Shown in pieces: positions 36,753 through 49,739 of a DNA stretch of 64,000 nt. Where the stretch lies: positions 2,852,001 to 2,916,000 of the forward strand of contig NW_025964301.1 in assembly GCF_023055435.1 (NCBI RefSeq). Direction: 5' to 3'. Every line of letters begins with the position of its first letter. Position 1 is the stretch's first letter. The translations under genes and the position numbers were made by a program. Below the pieces are notes generated by a model. That model saw nothing but the letters and a program-made list of their open reading frames with translations. It had not been told where the DNA came from and searched no databases. This DNA comes from Haliotis rufescens (lineage: Eukaryota).

Positions 36753-37632
36753 CTCGTGGGTCGTCCCCGAGTTGTGATTGCATTGTACATAAAGTCAAGT
36801 TGGACCTTCTCTGTTCTCTTTGTTGGCGAAAATGACAATTCTTTAACAAGACCAGTCATCTGTATATGTGAAGTTACTTTCTTAAAGCCCAGTGAGGCAA
36901 AGCTGACACCTTTCCTATCCACTGACACCTCTTGTGGTGTCTCGTCCAATATGGACTGGGGCGGTCGGGAAGCACAGGGGTTCAAGCGTTTGCTCGTCAC
37001 GCCGCAGACCCGGGTTCGATTTCCGACATGGGTATAGTGCGTGAAGTCCATTTCTGGTACCCCCCACCGTGGTTTTGCTAATATTGCCAAAAACGGCGTA
37101 AAACAACGGCTCATTCACCCCAATATGGACTTCAAAGAAGCAACCGAAGATCCTCTATCTGGTCATCCTTGCTCCTCATACGTCAGTTGAAGACTTCACT
37201 TTAGACAGCAATGCTTTCGTCGACTCAAATGCCTGTTCTGTTGGTTTCAGGACTTTATGTGACTTTGCGTCTACTTCTGAGAACATGGCGGCTTTCCAAA
37301 ACCTAAGTTCCTCCATCAGACTGTTGAAGGTTCTATTGATGTTTTCTTTAACATATCTCTTAATCCCCCAATATGGTCAGATTTCAACTTGAGACTTTCA
37401 GCCATCTGTTCCAGTGTTGCACCTTTTTACTTCTGATATCGTGAAGACATCCTCATATTCATCTGCCTTCAATTCGTGTTCGTTTTCAACACCTGCGACT
37501 TAGTGTCCATTGCCTTCTGAATGTTCCACCACTATACAGGAAACACAGATGACCTCATCACAAGTGTGGCAGTAGAACTGCAGAGGTTGGTTGTGCTGTA
37601 CACGCTGATGAAGTCTTTGATAAGTCTTAGCA
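36753..37632 (-). pseudogene. Old TRIM paralogue pseudogene, exon 1 remnant (B-box2, coiled coil, linker); RING and B-box1 not found
   Basis: Minus-strand translation KTYQRLHQRVQHNQPLQFYCHTCDEVICVSCIVVEHSEGNGH* (TAA 37502-37500), then frameshifted NINRTFNSLMEEL.., MRSKDDQIEDL and GVSFASLGFKKVTSHIQMTGLVK..FSP. SINE inserted at 36958-37119. Donor GAG|GTAAAT at 36752. Confidence 0.85.
36958..37119 (+). mobile_element. tRNA-derived SINE family A inserted in the TRIM pseudogene, 12-bp TSD
   Basis: Pol III B box GGTTCGATTTCC. TSD CCAATATGGACT at 36946-36957 and 37120-37131. Confidence 0.9.
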
Positions 37633-37715
37633 TAGCTATTTATTGTTGCTTAGAACATGCGATCAGTTTCTAAAGCTTGTATAACTTCTTAGTTTGTATG
37701 CAGAACCAAAAGGGG

Positions 37716-38702
37716 CCGATTTCACTACCTCCAACCTTTAACAGACGTATCTGAAATCCCATTTAAGTAGGTTTACATCCAACCTTTAACAATCGTATTT
37801 GAAATCCCATTTCAGTTGATCTACATCCAACCTTTAACCAACTTATCTGAAATCCCATTTAAGTACATGTGTAGATCTACATCCAACCTTTAACAGACTT
37901 ATCTGAAATCCGATTTCAGTTTATCTACATTCAACCTTAAACAAAGGTATCTGAAATCCCATTTAGGTAGGTCAACATCCAACCTTTAACCGACTTATCT
38001 GAAATCCGATTTCACTAGATCTACATCCAACCTTTAGCTGACTTATCTGAAATCCCATTTCAGTTTGTCAACATCCAACCTTTAACAGACGTATCTGAAA
38101 TCCCATTTCAGTAGGTCTACATCCAACCTTTAACAGACGTATCTGAAATCCCATTTCAGTAGGTCTACATCCAACCTTTAACAGACGTATCTGAAATCCC
38201 ATTTCAGTAGGTCTACATCCAACCTTTAACCGACGTATCTGAAATCCCATTTAAGTAGGTCTACATCAAACCCTCAACAGACGTATCTGAAATCCCATTT
38301 AAGTAGGTCTACATCCAAACTTTAACAGACGTATCTGAAATCCCATTTCAGTAGGTCTACATCCAACCTTCAACAGACGTATCTGAAATCCCATTTCAGT
38401 AGGTCAACATCAAACCCTCAACAGACGTATCTGAAATCCCATTTAAGTAGGTCTACATCCAACCTTTAACAGACGTATCTGAAATCCCATTTCAGTAGTT
38501 CTACATCCAACCTTTAACAGACGTATCTGAAATCCCATTTCAGTAGGTCTACATCCAACCTTTAACCGACGTATCTGAAATCCCATTTAAGTAGGTCTAC
38601 ATCCAACCTTAACAGACGTATCTGAACTCTCATTTCAGTAGGTCAACATCAAACCCTCAACAGACGTATCTGAAATCCCATTTCAGAAGGTCTACATCCA
38701 AC
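37716..38702. repeat. 48-bp tandem minisatellite, about 20 copies
   Basis: Unit CATCCAACCTTTAACAGACGTATCTGAAATCCCATTTCAGTAGGTCTA; 16-aa periodicity in ORF 38068..38250. Confidence 0.97.
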
Positions 38703-39098
38703 GCTTAAATATAAAGGAGTGATGGTGCCTTAAAGTGCAGACCCGGGTTTTCATATCTCACATTACCCAGTCGTCTAAGACGCCGGAATTCGTAGTGCAC
38801 GCCAGAAATATATGATCGTGGGCTCGAATCCAGGTTCGCCCCGATAATGTTTCTAGGTTTGTCAGCACCATACCCGTACTCTTGGGTTTCACTGAAGTGG
38901 TAAACGTCTGAGACCTGCATCACTTCGGGCTTTCCTCCCACATTTAACTGACACGCCATAACTGGAGTACTGTTAAAAGCTGCGTTTTTAAAGCAACAGT
39001 TTATTACACTCACACACAGTTCTTCACTTACAGTAATGGACGTGTAACAAAGACATTTCATGACGGTTCATCCCTGTATATAACACTCACAAAAAATC

Positions 39099-39760
39099 GG
39101 GCGGTCGGGTAGCCTGGTGGTTAAAGCGTTCGTTCGTCATGCCGAGGTGAGGTGAAATTGGGTTTAACGTCGCGTCCAAGATTATTGCACTTATATANNN
39201 NNNNNNNNNNNNNNNNNNNNNNNNNNNNNNNNNNNNNNNNNNNNNNNNNNNNNNNNNNNNNNNNNNNNNNNNNNNNNNNNNNNNNNNNNNNNNNNNNNNN
39301 NNNNNNNNNNNNNNNNNNNNNNNNNNNGCTGATGCCGATTTATAGTGCTAGCCCACTGAGATAACATGCCGCAGTTTAACATGAATACCCCACTCAGACA
39401 CAGTATACTGACTCCGAGCCGACCAGTCCTTGTTTTAGCCCCTTAATGCCGAGCGCCAGACAGGGTAACAACAAGTACCATCTTTTAACGTCTTTTGGTA
39501 TGACGCGGCCGGGAATCGAACCCCGGACCTCCCGCTCTCCGGGCGGACGCTCTACCACTAGACCACGGAGGCGGTCTCGTCACGCCGAAGATCCGGGATC
39601 GATTCCCGACATGGGCACAATGTGTGAAGCCCATTTCTGGTGTCCCCCGCCGTTATATTGCTGGAATATTGCTAAAAGTGGCATAAAACCTCACCCACTC
39701 ACTCACTCACTCACTCACTCACTCACTCACTCACTCACTCACTCACTCACTCACTCACTC
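39099..39760 (+). mobile_element. SINE family A split by a nested SINE B, ending in a long (CACT)n tail
   Basis: Head at 39099-39145 resumes at 39576. Confidence 0.88.
39146..39575 (-). mobile_element. Full-length tRNA-derived SINE family B (core resembles molluscan MESC/Meta SINEs); other copies near 11010-11340(-), 16640-17040(+), 27712-27810(+), 34620-35080(-), 40010-40335(+), 48545-48810(+), 62195-62490(+)
   Basis: Minus strand head TGGTCTAGTGGTAGAGCG..GGTTCGATTCCC, core GGCGCTCGGCATTAAGG..GACTGGTCGGCTCGG..CAGTGGGCTAGCACTATAAA, (CTCAC)n tail. TSD TCGTCA(C/T)GCCGA. Family name from memory. Confidence 0.85.
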
Positions 39761-39913
39761 TTTTATCTGAAATAGTTTTTGCCTGACATTATACCCTATG
39801 TTCTGGACACACATAGCACGTTCGTACTAATTCAAAATACATTTTGAAAGGATTGCTAGGCAAGCCATTCGTTTGATATGTTCACGGTGTGTGTGCGCGT
39901 CAATAAGTGCGTG

Positions 39914-39951
<38 letters not shown>

Positions 39952-41805
39952 TGTGTGTTATTAATTACATGGTTATATTTCTTTAATAATCTTTCATCGA
40001 AGATATCAGGAGCGCCTCCATGGTCTAGTTGATAGAGCATCTGCTCGGAGAGTGGAAGGTCGGTGGTTCGATTCCCGGGTCATACCAAAAGAACTTATAA
40101 AATGGTACTTGTTGTTACCCTGCCTGGAGATCGACATTAGGGTATAACAAAGGACGGTACTGTATCTGAGTGGGATATCAATGTTGTCTCAGTGGACTAG
40201 CACAATAAAACCGGCATTAGTCCTGCCTAGAAGGACACACACACACACGTACATGCACGACACTATATAAGTGCAAATAATCTTTAAACCTTTAATCTTT
40301 ATATAAACGTTAAACCTAATTTCACCTCACCACCTCCTTGCAAAATATCAAAATATCCAAGATCAGAAGCGTCTCTAAAATACCTACCTCACCCCGAAAT
40401 TAGCATCTACACCACACATGAAATGTTTATGTCTGAAGGGGGATAATCCACATTTAACTTAATTTACACGATGGACCTGAGGGATATTTCATGTTCGCTT
40501 CCGAATAATAATGTCTTTCCAAGGTTTTTGTTTTATTTGTCTGTAAAATATTGTCAAGATTCGTTCTGATAACATATTTAACATTGTAGATATCTGGCAA
40601 ATCCACATTGAGAAAAGACAGAATATGGTTTAATCAGTCACATGACACCAAGGACAGGCTTCACAGAGTGTATCCATTGTGCACATGTTTATGCTCTATG
40701 CTTGGAGTCGAACCCGAGTTTCCTTTGACAAGCGACCGCTATAACCACTAGGCTATCGTTAAGGATTGCTTCCATATTCGGTATGTACATGTTGGTATAT
40801 GTAGTGTTAAAAAAGACTATATTATCCTATGTATTACATGTGTATATTCACCTATCGCCAGAAGAGGTAACCATAGCCCCATCAGGCGAAACATAGTCAT
40901 CCAGATGGACAATTTGCTTTTTGTTTATTCAAATAAATTATTAAATTTTCAGAGATATGGATGTTTTCCACGCTATGAGGGACCACATCAGACATATTTG
41001 GTGTATCTTTTTGTGTATGAATGGTTCTAGATACATTGTACAGCTTAGTGCACTAACCTAACTCCCCTCCCCTAATATGAATATTTTTTAATGATCCTCG
41101 GCTATGCCCTTTCTACATTTCTTCCATGACCCTCCCTGAAAAGACAAAATACAAAAGCACTTTATATTATTTTTTATATAAAATGTCATTTTTTTATGAC
41201 CCTCCCAAAACATATACATTATTTTGTATGACCCTCCTCCAGAGACATTTTTGGGTGACGCCTCCTCCCCCTCTGTAATAAATGACCGCTCCCTTAGTCA
41301 TCCACGAATACGAGTTGCGTATTTGTTTTATAATAATATTTTTTCTCTAATAACTTGTTGCATTTTTGGAGATATGGATGTTTTCCTAACTATGATTTCG
41401 TCCATCATTTTGTGTATGAATAATAATGTATGAATAGTCATCGACACTTGAGATATAATCACGAAATACCGCGATAATTTTTTAACGAAGATGGCTGCGT
41501 GTGTGCTAATACTTATTAAGTATAAAAAGTCATTCAACCGATAAGGAATTTAACTTAGAGCAATGACAAAAACGCTTTTCAAGAAAAATTCGTTTTGCAT
41601 GCGTTAAACATCATCATTGAATTTTGATCACGTGGTTACAATCCGGGTACGTGTCAGTAGCCAATTGACTGTGGGTGGTTATACTTAGCGAGTAGCTATA
41701 TAGTGACGAGGACTATAGATACATTTAATAATAATTCTTTTAATTTTGCACGTGTTATAATTGCTCCCGGCGTGTGTTGGTAACCACGCCGCTGGATGTT
41801 GCAGG

Positions 41806-41976
41806 ATGCGGTACGTGGCGGCCTACCTGCTGGCGGTTCTGGGAGGAATGAGAACCCCTCCGCCAGGGACATCAAACAGATCCTCAACAGTGTCGGCGTG
41901 GATGCCGAGGAAGACCGACTCGCCCTCGTCATCAGTCAGCTGAAGGGCAAGGACGTCGAAGAGGTCATTGCTCAAG
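41806..41976 (+). pseudogene. RPLP2: 60S acidic ribosomal protein P2-like N-terminal exon with a 1-nt frameshift
   Basis: MRYVAAYLLAVLGG, frameshift at about 41848, then NENPSARDIKQILNSVGVDAEEDRLALVISQLKGKDVEEVIAQ. Acceptor TTGCAG just before the ATG and phase-1 donor CAAG|GTCAGT. Confidence 0.88.
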
Positions 41977-42323
41977 GTCAGTGGCGAAGGGACGGAAATA
42001 CAGTACTGGAGGACTAAAGGGATCGGATGGTCAGGCTCGCTGACTTTGTGGATGCATGCCATCGTATCCCTATTGGGTGGATCGATCCTCATGATGTCAG
42101 TCACTGGATTGTCTTGTCCAGACACAATTATTTACATACTGCCGTCATATTGCTGGAATATTGCTGAGTGTGGCGTTAAACAATAAACAAACCAAACAAA
42201 CATAGGTCTAGTTGATTTCATTTGTAGATATATCAACCTTTTGGGGGAAAAAGACACTTTATTGTGTATTGCAGACTGACAAATCATAATGTTGAACGTC
42301 TTTTTCTGTTTTCTTCCCTGCAG

Positions 42324-42391
42324 AAGATAAGCCTGCAGATGATAACACCGACTCAGACTCTGACGGAGGACTTATCTCCCTTTTCGACTGA
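42324..42391 (+). pseudogene. RPLP2-like terminal exon (E)DKPADDNTDSDSDGGLISLFD*
   Basis: Strong acceptor TTTTCTTCCCTGCAG, phase 1. Acidic tail ending SLFD* as in P proteins, 347 bp downstream of the N-terminal exon. Confidence 0.7.
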
Positions 42392-43106
42392 ACATCACGT
42401 GACTTAGTTCCCGAGGGTGGCGCCACGATCTTCAACAGTTCAGAACAGGACAACATGGGGCAATGAGCAGCTTCATCGTGTGCAGCATACATTGTCCGAT
42501 GTGTGATGTACAGGATTAGGAATATGTGAATGTGCAAAAGCAAAGACAATTTGAATCAGAGCAAAGTCATTGTCGAATCTCTTCGCATCTGTTGAACAGT
42601 TTGATAGAATGTATTTATTCAATTCAGTGAATCAGTTTTGACAGTTTTAGACTGTTTTGTTGAATCCGTCCTCATGATACATTACTTGTTTTTAAAGAGT
42701 ACCGCTGTATGAGGGTGCCAACCCCCTCCTCCCCTGAATCGCGAATACCATCTATTTGTTCACTCTGAGTCTCCTTTTTTACCCCGAATCCTAAATACTC
42801 ATAAAACAAATCTCAAAAACATTGAAAAAGTCTGATTTTATGTAAACTTACTCGAATTTTGTTTATATATACATGTATGTAAAGGAAATGTTTGCGTCGT
42901 CCATTATTGATTTGAAAATGTTGAATACCATATACGATTTAACATGTCCCGCGTACTATACTGCTGAGTCCCGAATACCCTCTAAGTAGACCCCTGAATC
43001 CTGCTACCAGATGGGGGATGGCAGTCTCTTGTGGGGTACTAGTATATTATGCGAAATGACAATAGTATGGCATTATTTGATATGTTTCAATGCCTCTGCG
43101 ACGCTA

Positions 43107-43545
43107 AATTTGTGGTTTAACATGATATATCACACTCCATAGCGTGGTATAACATGAATCACTCTACTCAAAGTAAGGTACAACAAGATCCACGACACTC
43201 AATTTGTGGTTTAACATGATAAATTACACTCCATAGTGTGGTATAACATGAATCACTTTGAAGTAGTTAGAGCAAGATCCATGACACTCAATTTGTGGTT
43301 TAACATGATATATCACACTCCATAGCGTGGTATAACATGAATCACTCTACTCAAAGTAAGGTACAGCAAGATACACGACACTCTCTTTTTGTGGTTTAAC
43401 ATGATATATTACACTCAATAGTGTGGTATAACATGAATCACTTTACTCAAAGTAAGGTATAGCAAGATAGACGACACGTAATGAGTGCTATAACTTGACA
43501 CACTCTACTCAAAGTAAGGTATAGCAAGATACGCGACCCTCAATG
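43107..43545. repeat. About 94-bp VNTR (about 4 units plus partial; 2 plus partial at 10063-10310; decayed at 57200-57410)
   Basis: Unit AATTTGTGGTTTAACATGATAT..CACTCCATAG..CTCAAAGTAAGGTA..AAGAT..ACGACACTC. Confidence 0.85.
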
Positions 43546-44607
43546 ATGCTCCAAATTTTGATTTATTGTTTCAGGAAAAACATTTCATTTCCATGACAAT
43601 ATGTTTACATATCAACAAGCTCAACCTCCCCGTTTACATGTGCATTATGTCCCTTTGTTTCTGTGTGGTACAATGTGTCGTAGGTGAATGTATTTTTCAT
43701 TTTTGTAATGGAACATTTCCAGGGCCCTAGTCTGCCTGCATAAACACGGAGAGAACAAAACGACAAGTGTCTGTCTGTTGTTTTTCATTTACATGTAAAG
43801 TGAGTGAGTGAGTGAGCACTCAGCAATATTCCATCTATATGTTGCGGGTCTGTAAATAATCGAATCTTGACAGACAATCCAGTGACTGACATCATGAGCA
43901 TTGATCCACGCAGTTGTGACACGATGACATGCATCAACCAAGTCAGCGAGCCTGACCACCTGATCCCGCTAGTTGCCTCTTACGACAAGCATGGGTTGTT
44001 GAAGACCCTCACGGGTCGAGTGAGTGAGTGAGTGTGTGTATTACAATATTCTGTAATAGTATTTCTAAACTTATTGTAAGACTTCTCACTGACTCAACGA
44101 CAATGCAATCAAGGCTGTGCTATTTACAGTAATCATTAATGTCACACAATCTATTTCAAACTTTCCACGAGCCGAAATAACACAAAACTAAAAACCAACA
44201 TTTTATGTTTTATTTCACACAATTGATAAGCAAAGATATATGGACTATAATAAAAGATGATAATATGGATGTACATTGATTGTTTATTTCATGTTCTTTT
44301 CTTTTCAAAATATAAATTCAACTAAACAAATAGATGCTCATACAATACCATCAACAAAACCCTTTCCTTTTGGCGACCAACCAAACAATGCTGGCTAGGT
44401 GTTTCATTGACAAAAGCTCAAAATAGTTATGATTTATTAGAACATTCCATGATATCATCAATCTACATCAACAGAAGTGAAAAAGCCACCAAAATTATAA
44501 ACTAAAGAACAAGTTGATCACTGTTGAATGTGTATACAAAATGGCACAATAAATATTTAACAGCATATGGGTTATATACCGGAAATGAATCCAAGTTTAA
44601 ATTCCAC

Positions 44608-44877
44608 ATGAGTGAGTGAGTGAGTTGGGTTTAACGCAGCTTTTAACAGTATTCCAGTTATATCACGGCGAGTCAGCTTAATGTGGGCGGAAAGCCCGAA
44701 GTGATGCAGATCTCAGACGTTTACCACTTCGGTGAAACCCACGAGCACGGGTATGGTGCTGACAAACCTAGAAATATAATTGGGGCGAACCGGGATTCGA
44801 ACCCACAACCATAGGTTTAGGGCGTGCCCAGGGGACGCAACTCTGCACAGCGAATCGCTGGGCCACCCCAAATTCAT
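44608..44877 (-). mobile_element. SINE family D (V-domain-like GGGTTTC..TTTCCTCCCACA); copies near 12528-12735(-), 15970-16190(-), 35700-35830(-), 38790-39000(+)
   Basis: B box GGTTCGAATCCC on the minus strand, (CACT)n tail, TSD CATGAGT. Empty site CCACATGAGTCCGA at about 58517-58530. Confidence 0.8.
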
Positions 44878-47029
44878 CATGAGTCCGACTTGCTGCATTG
44901 GAAACGAAAATAATATAAACTTATAAAAGTCTTCTGTCTGGAAAATTGCACTTTCAGCATTTTACTTTTACTGTATACAAAGCTTCAGTGTTTACTCAGG
45001 AACTGCCTTTTAGAACAAATGCTGGTGATGACAGTGAATTAAAAAATGTCTTATCCAAAATGCCGATGTGGCAGCCCCTATGAAAATCCATATACTTTTT
45101 TCATTGAATGTCCTTTATTTAAATCAGATAGAAACGAATTGATGCACTCACTTTTGTTTTTTGTGAAAGATGCTTGTGATGTAAATATTGACCTGATGCT
45201 AGTTGGCAATACCATTTTACCTAATCATGTGAACGAAAACATATTTAGGAATGTACTGACATATATAAAGTAAACAAAAAGGTTTGAGTGAGCAAAGCGA
45301 ATGTACCAAAGTTTCTCTATTTCTTTTCTTTCCTTTCTGTCATTTAATTTATTAATTGTAAATAAGCATACATGTAAATCTATGGGAGAGAGCGTTCTAA
45401 GTGATGATATCTTGTGCCCAATCCTTTTCATGAGAATAAAATATGTTTAAACTTAAACTAATCAAATGCCGATGAAAGAGATGCATTTGAAACTATATTT
45501 AAAAAAGAATGATGCAAAGCAACGCCGGGTCAAAGACCTTCCGAAATGAAGACGAGCCGACATTTATTCGAGGAATCAAGCCCTGCTGTCTTGAAAAGGC
45601 AAACAAACTGAGGCATCAACACGGCGTCAAAACACCGTGAAATAAACATAACTGACAATACTTCTATATTCACAGTATTAAAATTGATGTCCAGTATATA
45701 AATATACTGCAAACGTTAAAACAGTACATCCGAACATTAAGAAATAACATGTAGAAATATATATAAAATGTTGTACATTTCAGGTAAGTTTGTAAATCTT
45801 CAATCGCCATTAAAGCGTACGTACAATATCTTCAGAAATTATCTCGCAAGAAATATCGCCCTCATTGTTGTAGCGAAATGTTTTTAGAAATGTTGGAATT
45901 CATGGCGCCTTTAAAATATACTTCATACCTTTCACAAAGAGTCTGAATGTATACAACACATGCCAATTTAAACCAAGAGAAAACAATACCATTTGAAAAC
46001 ATTGTATTTGTCCCAAAGTCTAAAATTGTCATCGCCAAATACACCTAGAAGAACACCTATTTAAATTACGTCGCTAATGATACGGAAAGCATAACCAAAC
46101 AACTACAAAACATGTGACACTACCCATGTAAGAATACACAACGCATGCTGTAAGCTGTGCTGGCCTCATTCATATAGAATTTACATAACGATATCAGTTT
46201 CACATGCTGAAAGATGGATACTGTAAAACTAACAACGGAGTTACTTCACAAGCAGTCAACACTATGAAAAAAACCCATTGGTGGAACCAGAATCTATTAT
46301 ATGGTCTCTGTTTGAACATTTGTAAACTCCCAAAACCTGTGTGTTTGTTGTTTAACGCCGCACTCAGCAATATTCCGGCTACATAATCGAGTGTGGGCCA
46401 GACAACACAGTGGTTGATATTATGAGCAACAATCCACGGCGGCGGGGTACGTTGACAAGCCATCAACCAAGTCACCGAGACAACCCGATCCAGTAAGTCT
46501 CTTCTTACGACCAACATACAATGTAGTTTGTTAGGGATCAAATCTAACCCCAAATCCAATGAAAAGGACAATAAGTGTTTAAACATATAAAAAAATGAAC
46601 ACACTAATGGGCGCTAACGTACCGCTATTCACTGACAACTGAAACCATGTCAGAAGTTGTGACGTTTCATATTTACTCGTTTCCTGGGCCTATAATGGCC
46701 ACATCAATGATGAAATGATTGATCATCTTATTGGTGGCCCAGTTTGTGCATGAGCTTACCGGACTCAAGACAGTGATTTGCGTGAATGTACCGCTATATA
46801 TACAACCTTGCTTACGTGGTCACCATTATGGCTTACAAAGTAGACACAATTTATGGATAACTCTTTCTTTAATACTGTAAAGGCGACGTTTCGGTATAGA
46901 TCCTTGTACCGTTGTCAAGCAAGGATCTATACCGAAACGTCGCCTTCGTCGGTATTCATAAATTGTGTCTACTTTGTCATCCGTCAACTTCCAAGTACAT
47001 GAAATGCCTATCTAACAATTCATTATGGC

Positions 47030-47035
47030 TTTATT
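47030..47035 (-). terminator. Candidate polyadenylation signal AATAAA of TRIM copy 3 (ATTAAA at 14789-14784, AGTAAA at 60697-60692)
   Basis: Homologous position about 90 nt after the stop codon in three copies. Confidence 0.45.
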
Positions 47036-47120
47036 GGCATACAATGGTCACATTAAAGACGAAGTGTTATTTCTCTGTCTGCATCATCTGCTTGGCATCG
47101 TCAATCAGCTCGTTTTCCAG

Positions 47121-47752
47121 TTACTCGTGGATCAAGCTTTCGATTGCGTCATGCATGTTTCTGCCTTTCTGTGATGATAATTCACAGGTTAAGTGGGTGT
47201 TAGGATAAGATCCAAAATGAATCATGACCCAGAGAGGTTTATCAAACTGGAAGGGAGTTACAGATGTGACGAGTTTCTGTTGACTAAGGTCCAGGACATG
47301 GACTGTATGTTTTTCCTCTTCAAGAACGAATCCCAAACCCAGGCTGTAAGTTGCACCACTCTCGTTCAGTGTAAGGTTGTCATCGGACAGATAAAGTCTG
47401 TTGTAGTACACCTTTAGACATATTCCTTTATGAGCTGCGCATGTTACAAACAATACACTAAATCCAGTTGTTTGGGTCTTGTTAGCATCAACAGGGTTGT
47501 CAGTCAAAGCTGCTTCGAAGATAAGTTTATTGTTATCCTCTGGTGTCAAGACAGAGTATGTGACCTCCATGCCAAACATGATGGTCTGTCCTGGCCTGAT
47601 GACCAGAGGTGTTGATGTCTGGACTGTGCGAGGTGAAAGTAGTCGGCATCCTGTCCTTGGTGGAAGACGTTCTTGTTTGCCATTGGTGACAAATGGCCCC
47701 GAAACCGTCAGATCGTCACTTGCAATACTGGAGTCCCATTCCAGATCCGCAC
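47121..47752 (-). CDS. TRIM gene copy 3, coding exon 2 (SPRY-like); spliced product about 594 aa
   Basis: Acceptor TCTTCTCCCCAG at 47754-47753. Open frame ADLEWDSSIASDDLTV... continues without stops into ORF 47121..47579, ending IHE*. Confidence 0.82.
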
Positions 47753-49739
47753 CTGGGGAGAAGACACATCGTTCGTATCAGGTGAATGCGTTTCCGTCTA
47801 TACAAACAACTATACTAAATGTTATATTCGTATGTGAATCGGGTTAAACACCGTTTTAACAGTAGTTCAGTCATTTCACGACGTGTCAATTTAATGTGGG
47901 ATGAAAGTGTAATGTATATATTGCTATGGTTTCCGTGAATATTAAGGATGATACTATATGAATTAAAGTATAACATGTCGATAAATCAGAAAAAAATATT
48001 AATTTGATAAAATGAAAGTCTACCTGCCATATGTGGACAATTGAAGGACAACATTTAGTATCAGATAGGCTGACTTCAGCAGGGGTGTAGTAATTAGCTT
48101 TGAATGTGAAGTCAGAACATACTACAAATTCCGATTACTAGAAACATATGCTTTGTAATGAAATGAGTCAGTTAGTGATTTGGGTTTTATTATGCTTTTA
48201 ACAGTATTCTAGTTGTGGGAGGAAAACCCGAAGGGATGTAGGTCTCAGGGATGTATGTAGCGTACACAAGGGACGCAACTCTGCAAAGGCGTCTTAGACG
48301 ACCGCCAGCTGTTCATTTCGTTTCGCATGCGAGACACTAATCTACCCTTTCCAGATATATTGGTTTCCACATCATGTTTTATCATATGGAAATTGTACAT
48401 TTCCATGTGCGAGTTCTAAGGAAATATTCTACCGACATAAAATAAGGGAACTAAATGTCATGTAAATTATATCAATCTCTGTTGTGCCCATGTCGGGCGA
48501 CCTATACACGATACCCCGCCATTCTGCTACCACAAGAGCTACCCCTAGCTGGGCTGCATCATACCAAAATACGTTAAAAGATGGTACTTGTTGTTATCCT
48601 GCCTGGCGCTGTGCATTGTGGGGCTAAAACAAGGAGCGGTCTGAGTTGGGTATTCATGTTAAACTGCGGCATGGTATCTCAGTGAGCTAGAACAATAAAA
48701 CTGTCTGGAGTAGTACAATCAACCACACACACACACGTGCATGCATGTCGATAAATAGGTGCAATAATCTTGGACGCGACGTTAAACCCCATCTCACATA
48801 ACCTCATCTCAGGATTTCAGCAAGGAAATGGCAGGTTTCTCTAGGGTAAGCCAACCTGGAAACCAATAGCCCTAACAATCATGGAACTGGCCGTTCTCTG
48901 ATGCACCCATGCCAACCACTCAATCTGAGGTACATTGTACGGGTGTGTCCAGTCGGAGTTCTAGGAAAAAGCTCACTACTGAGGGGATTGCCCCTCGGGT
49001 CCTCCAAAGTGCTCAGATGAGAATCCAGCAGAGACATGCTCTAATCCTTGGGTATGGAGAATGGTTGGGGGCAGGCCAAACAAAATCAGCCAATTCATGG
49101 TAACTCTGCCCAGGGGTTTGGTAAACATGAAAACCCATCCACCCACGAGACCTTTGCATCAAGGTCTCCGTATCTGTCATCAGAAAAAGTGGGACGGTCG
49201 GGTAGCCTAGTGGTTAAAGCGTTCGCTCATCACGCCGAAGACCCGGGTTCGATTCCCGACATGGGTACAATGTGTGAAGCCCATCATTTCTTGTGTCCCC
49301 CGTCGTGGTATTGCTGGAATATTGCTAAAAGCGGCATAAAATCAAACTCACTCATCAGAAAAGGGTCACAGCCTCGTGTCTGGAGGTGAACTGCTGGAGG
49401 ATAATAAAATCTCTAGCATTTGGTCTGTTGTGGAGAACCTTCTTCTGTCCAGATGGAATCCAGATCCTATGATAATGGCAACACCATGTCGCTCACATAC
49501 CCATAGGCACCAATAGAATGATAATACCAAAGAGGATTATCCTTGGAATGTCGAAGATGATGGTCATGCCTCTAATGCCTGTCAATGCGCTAGTGGGTCT
49601 CTGGGGTACTAAGACTATTATGGACGAAGCCTTATGGATCAGTGCTCTATCAAACACAGGTGGATTATACACATCCTGTCTGCATTTCGGACAATTTTGG
49701 GGGATTTCAACCGTTGCTTGAGAAATCGTTTATCTTAAT

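Noticed and set aside
37716-38702. CRISPR-like array or 16-aa repeat protein
   Set aside because: Units are head-to-tail with no unique spacers, there are no cas genes and the context is eukaryotic. Many units carry stops in the repeat frame.
41761-42017. Processed RPLP2 retrocopy or the functional RPLP2 gene
   Set aside because: Splice sites and an intron are retained, so it is not processed. The frameshift and missing middle exon argue against the housekeeping gene as assembled.
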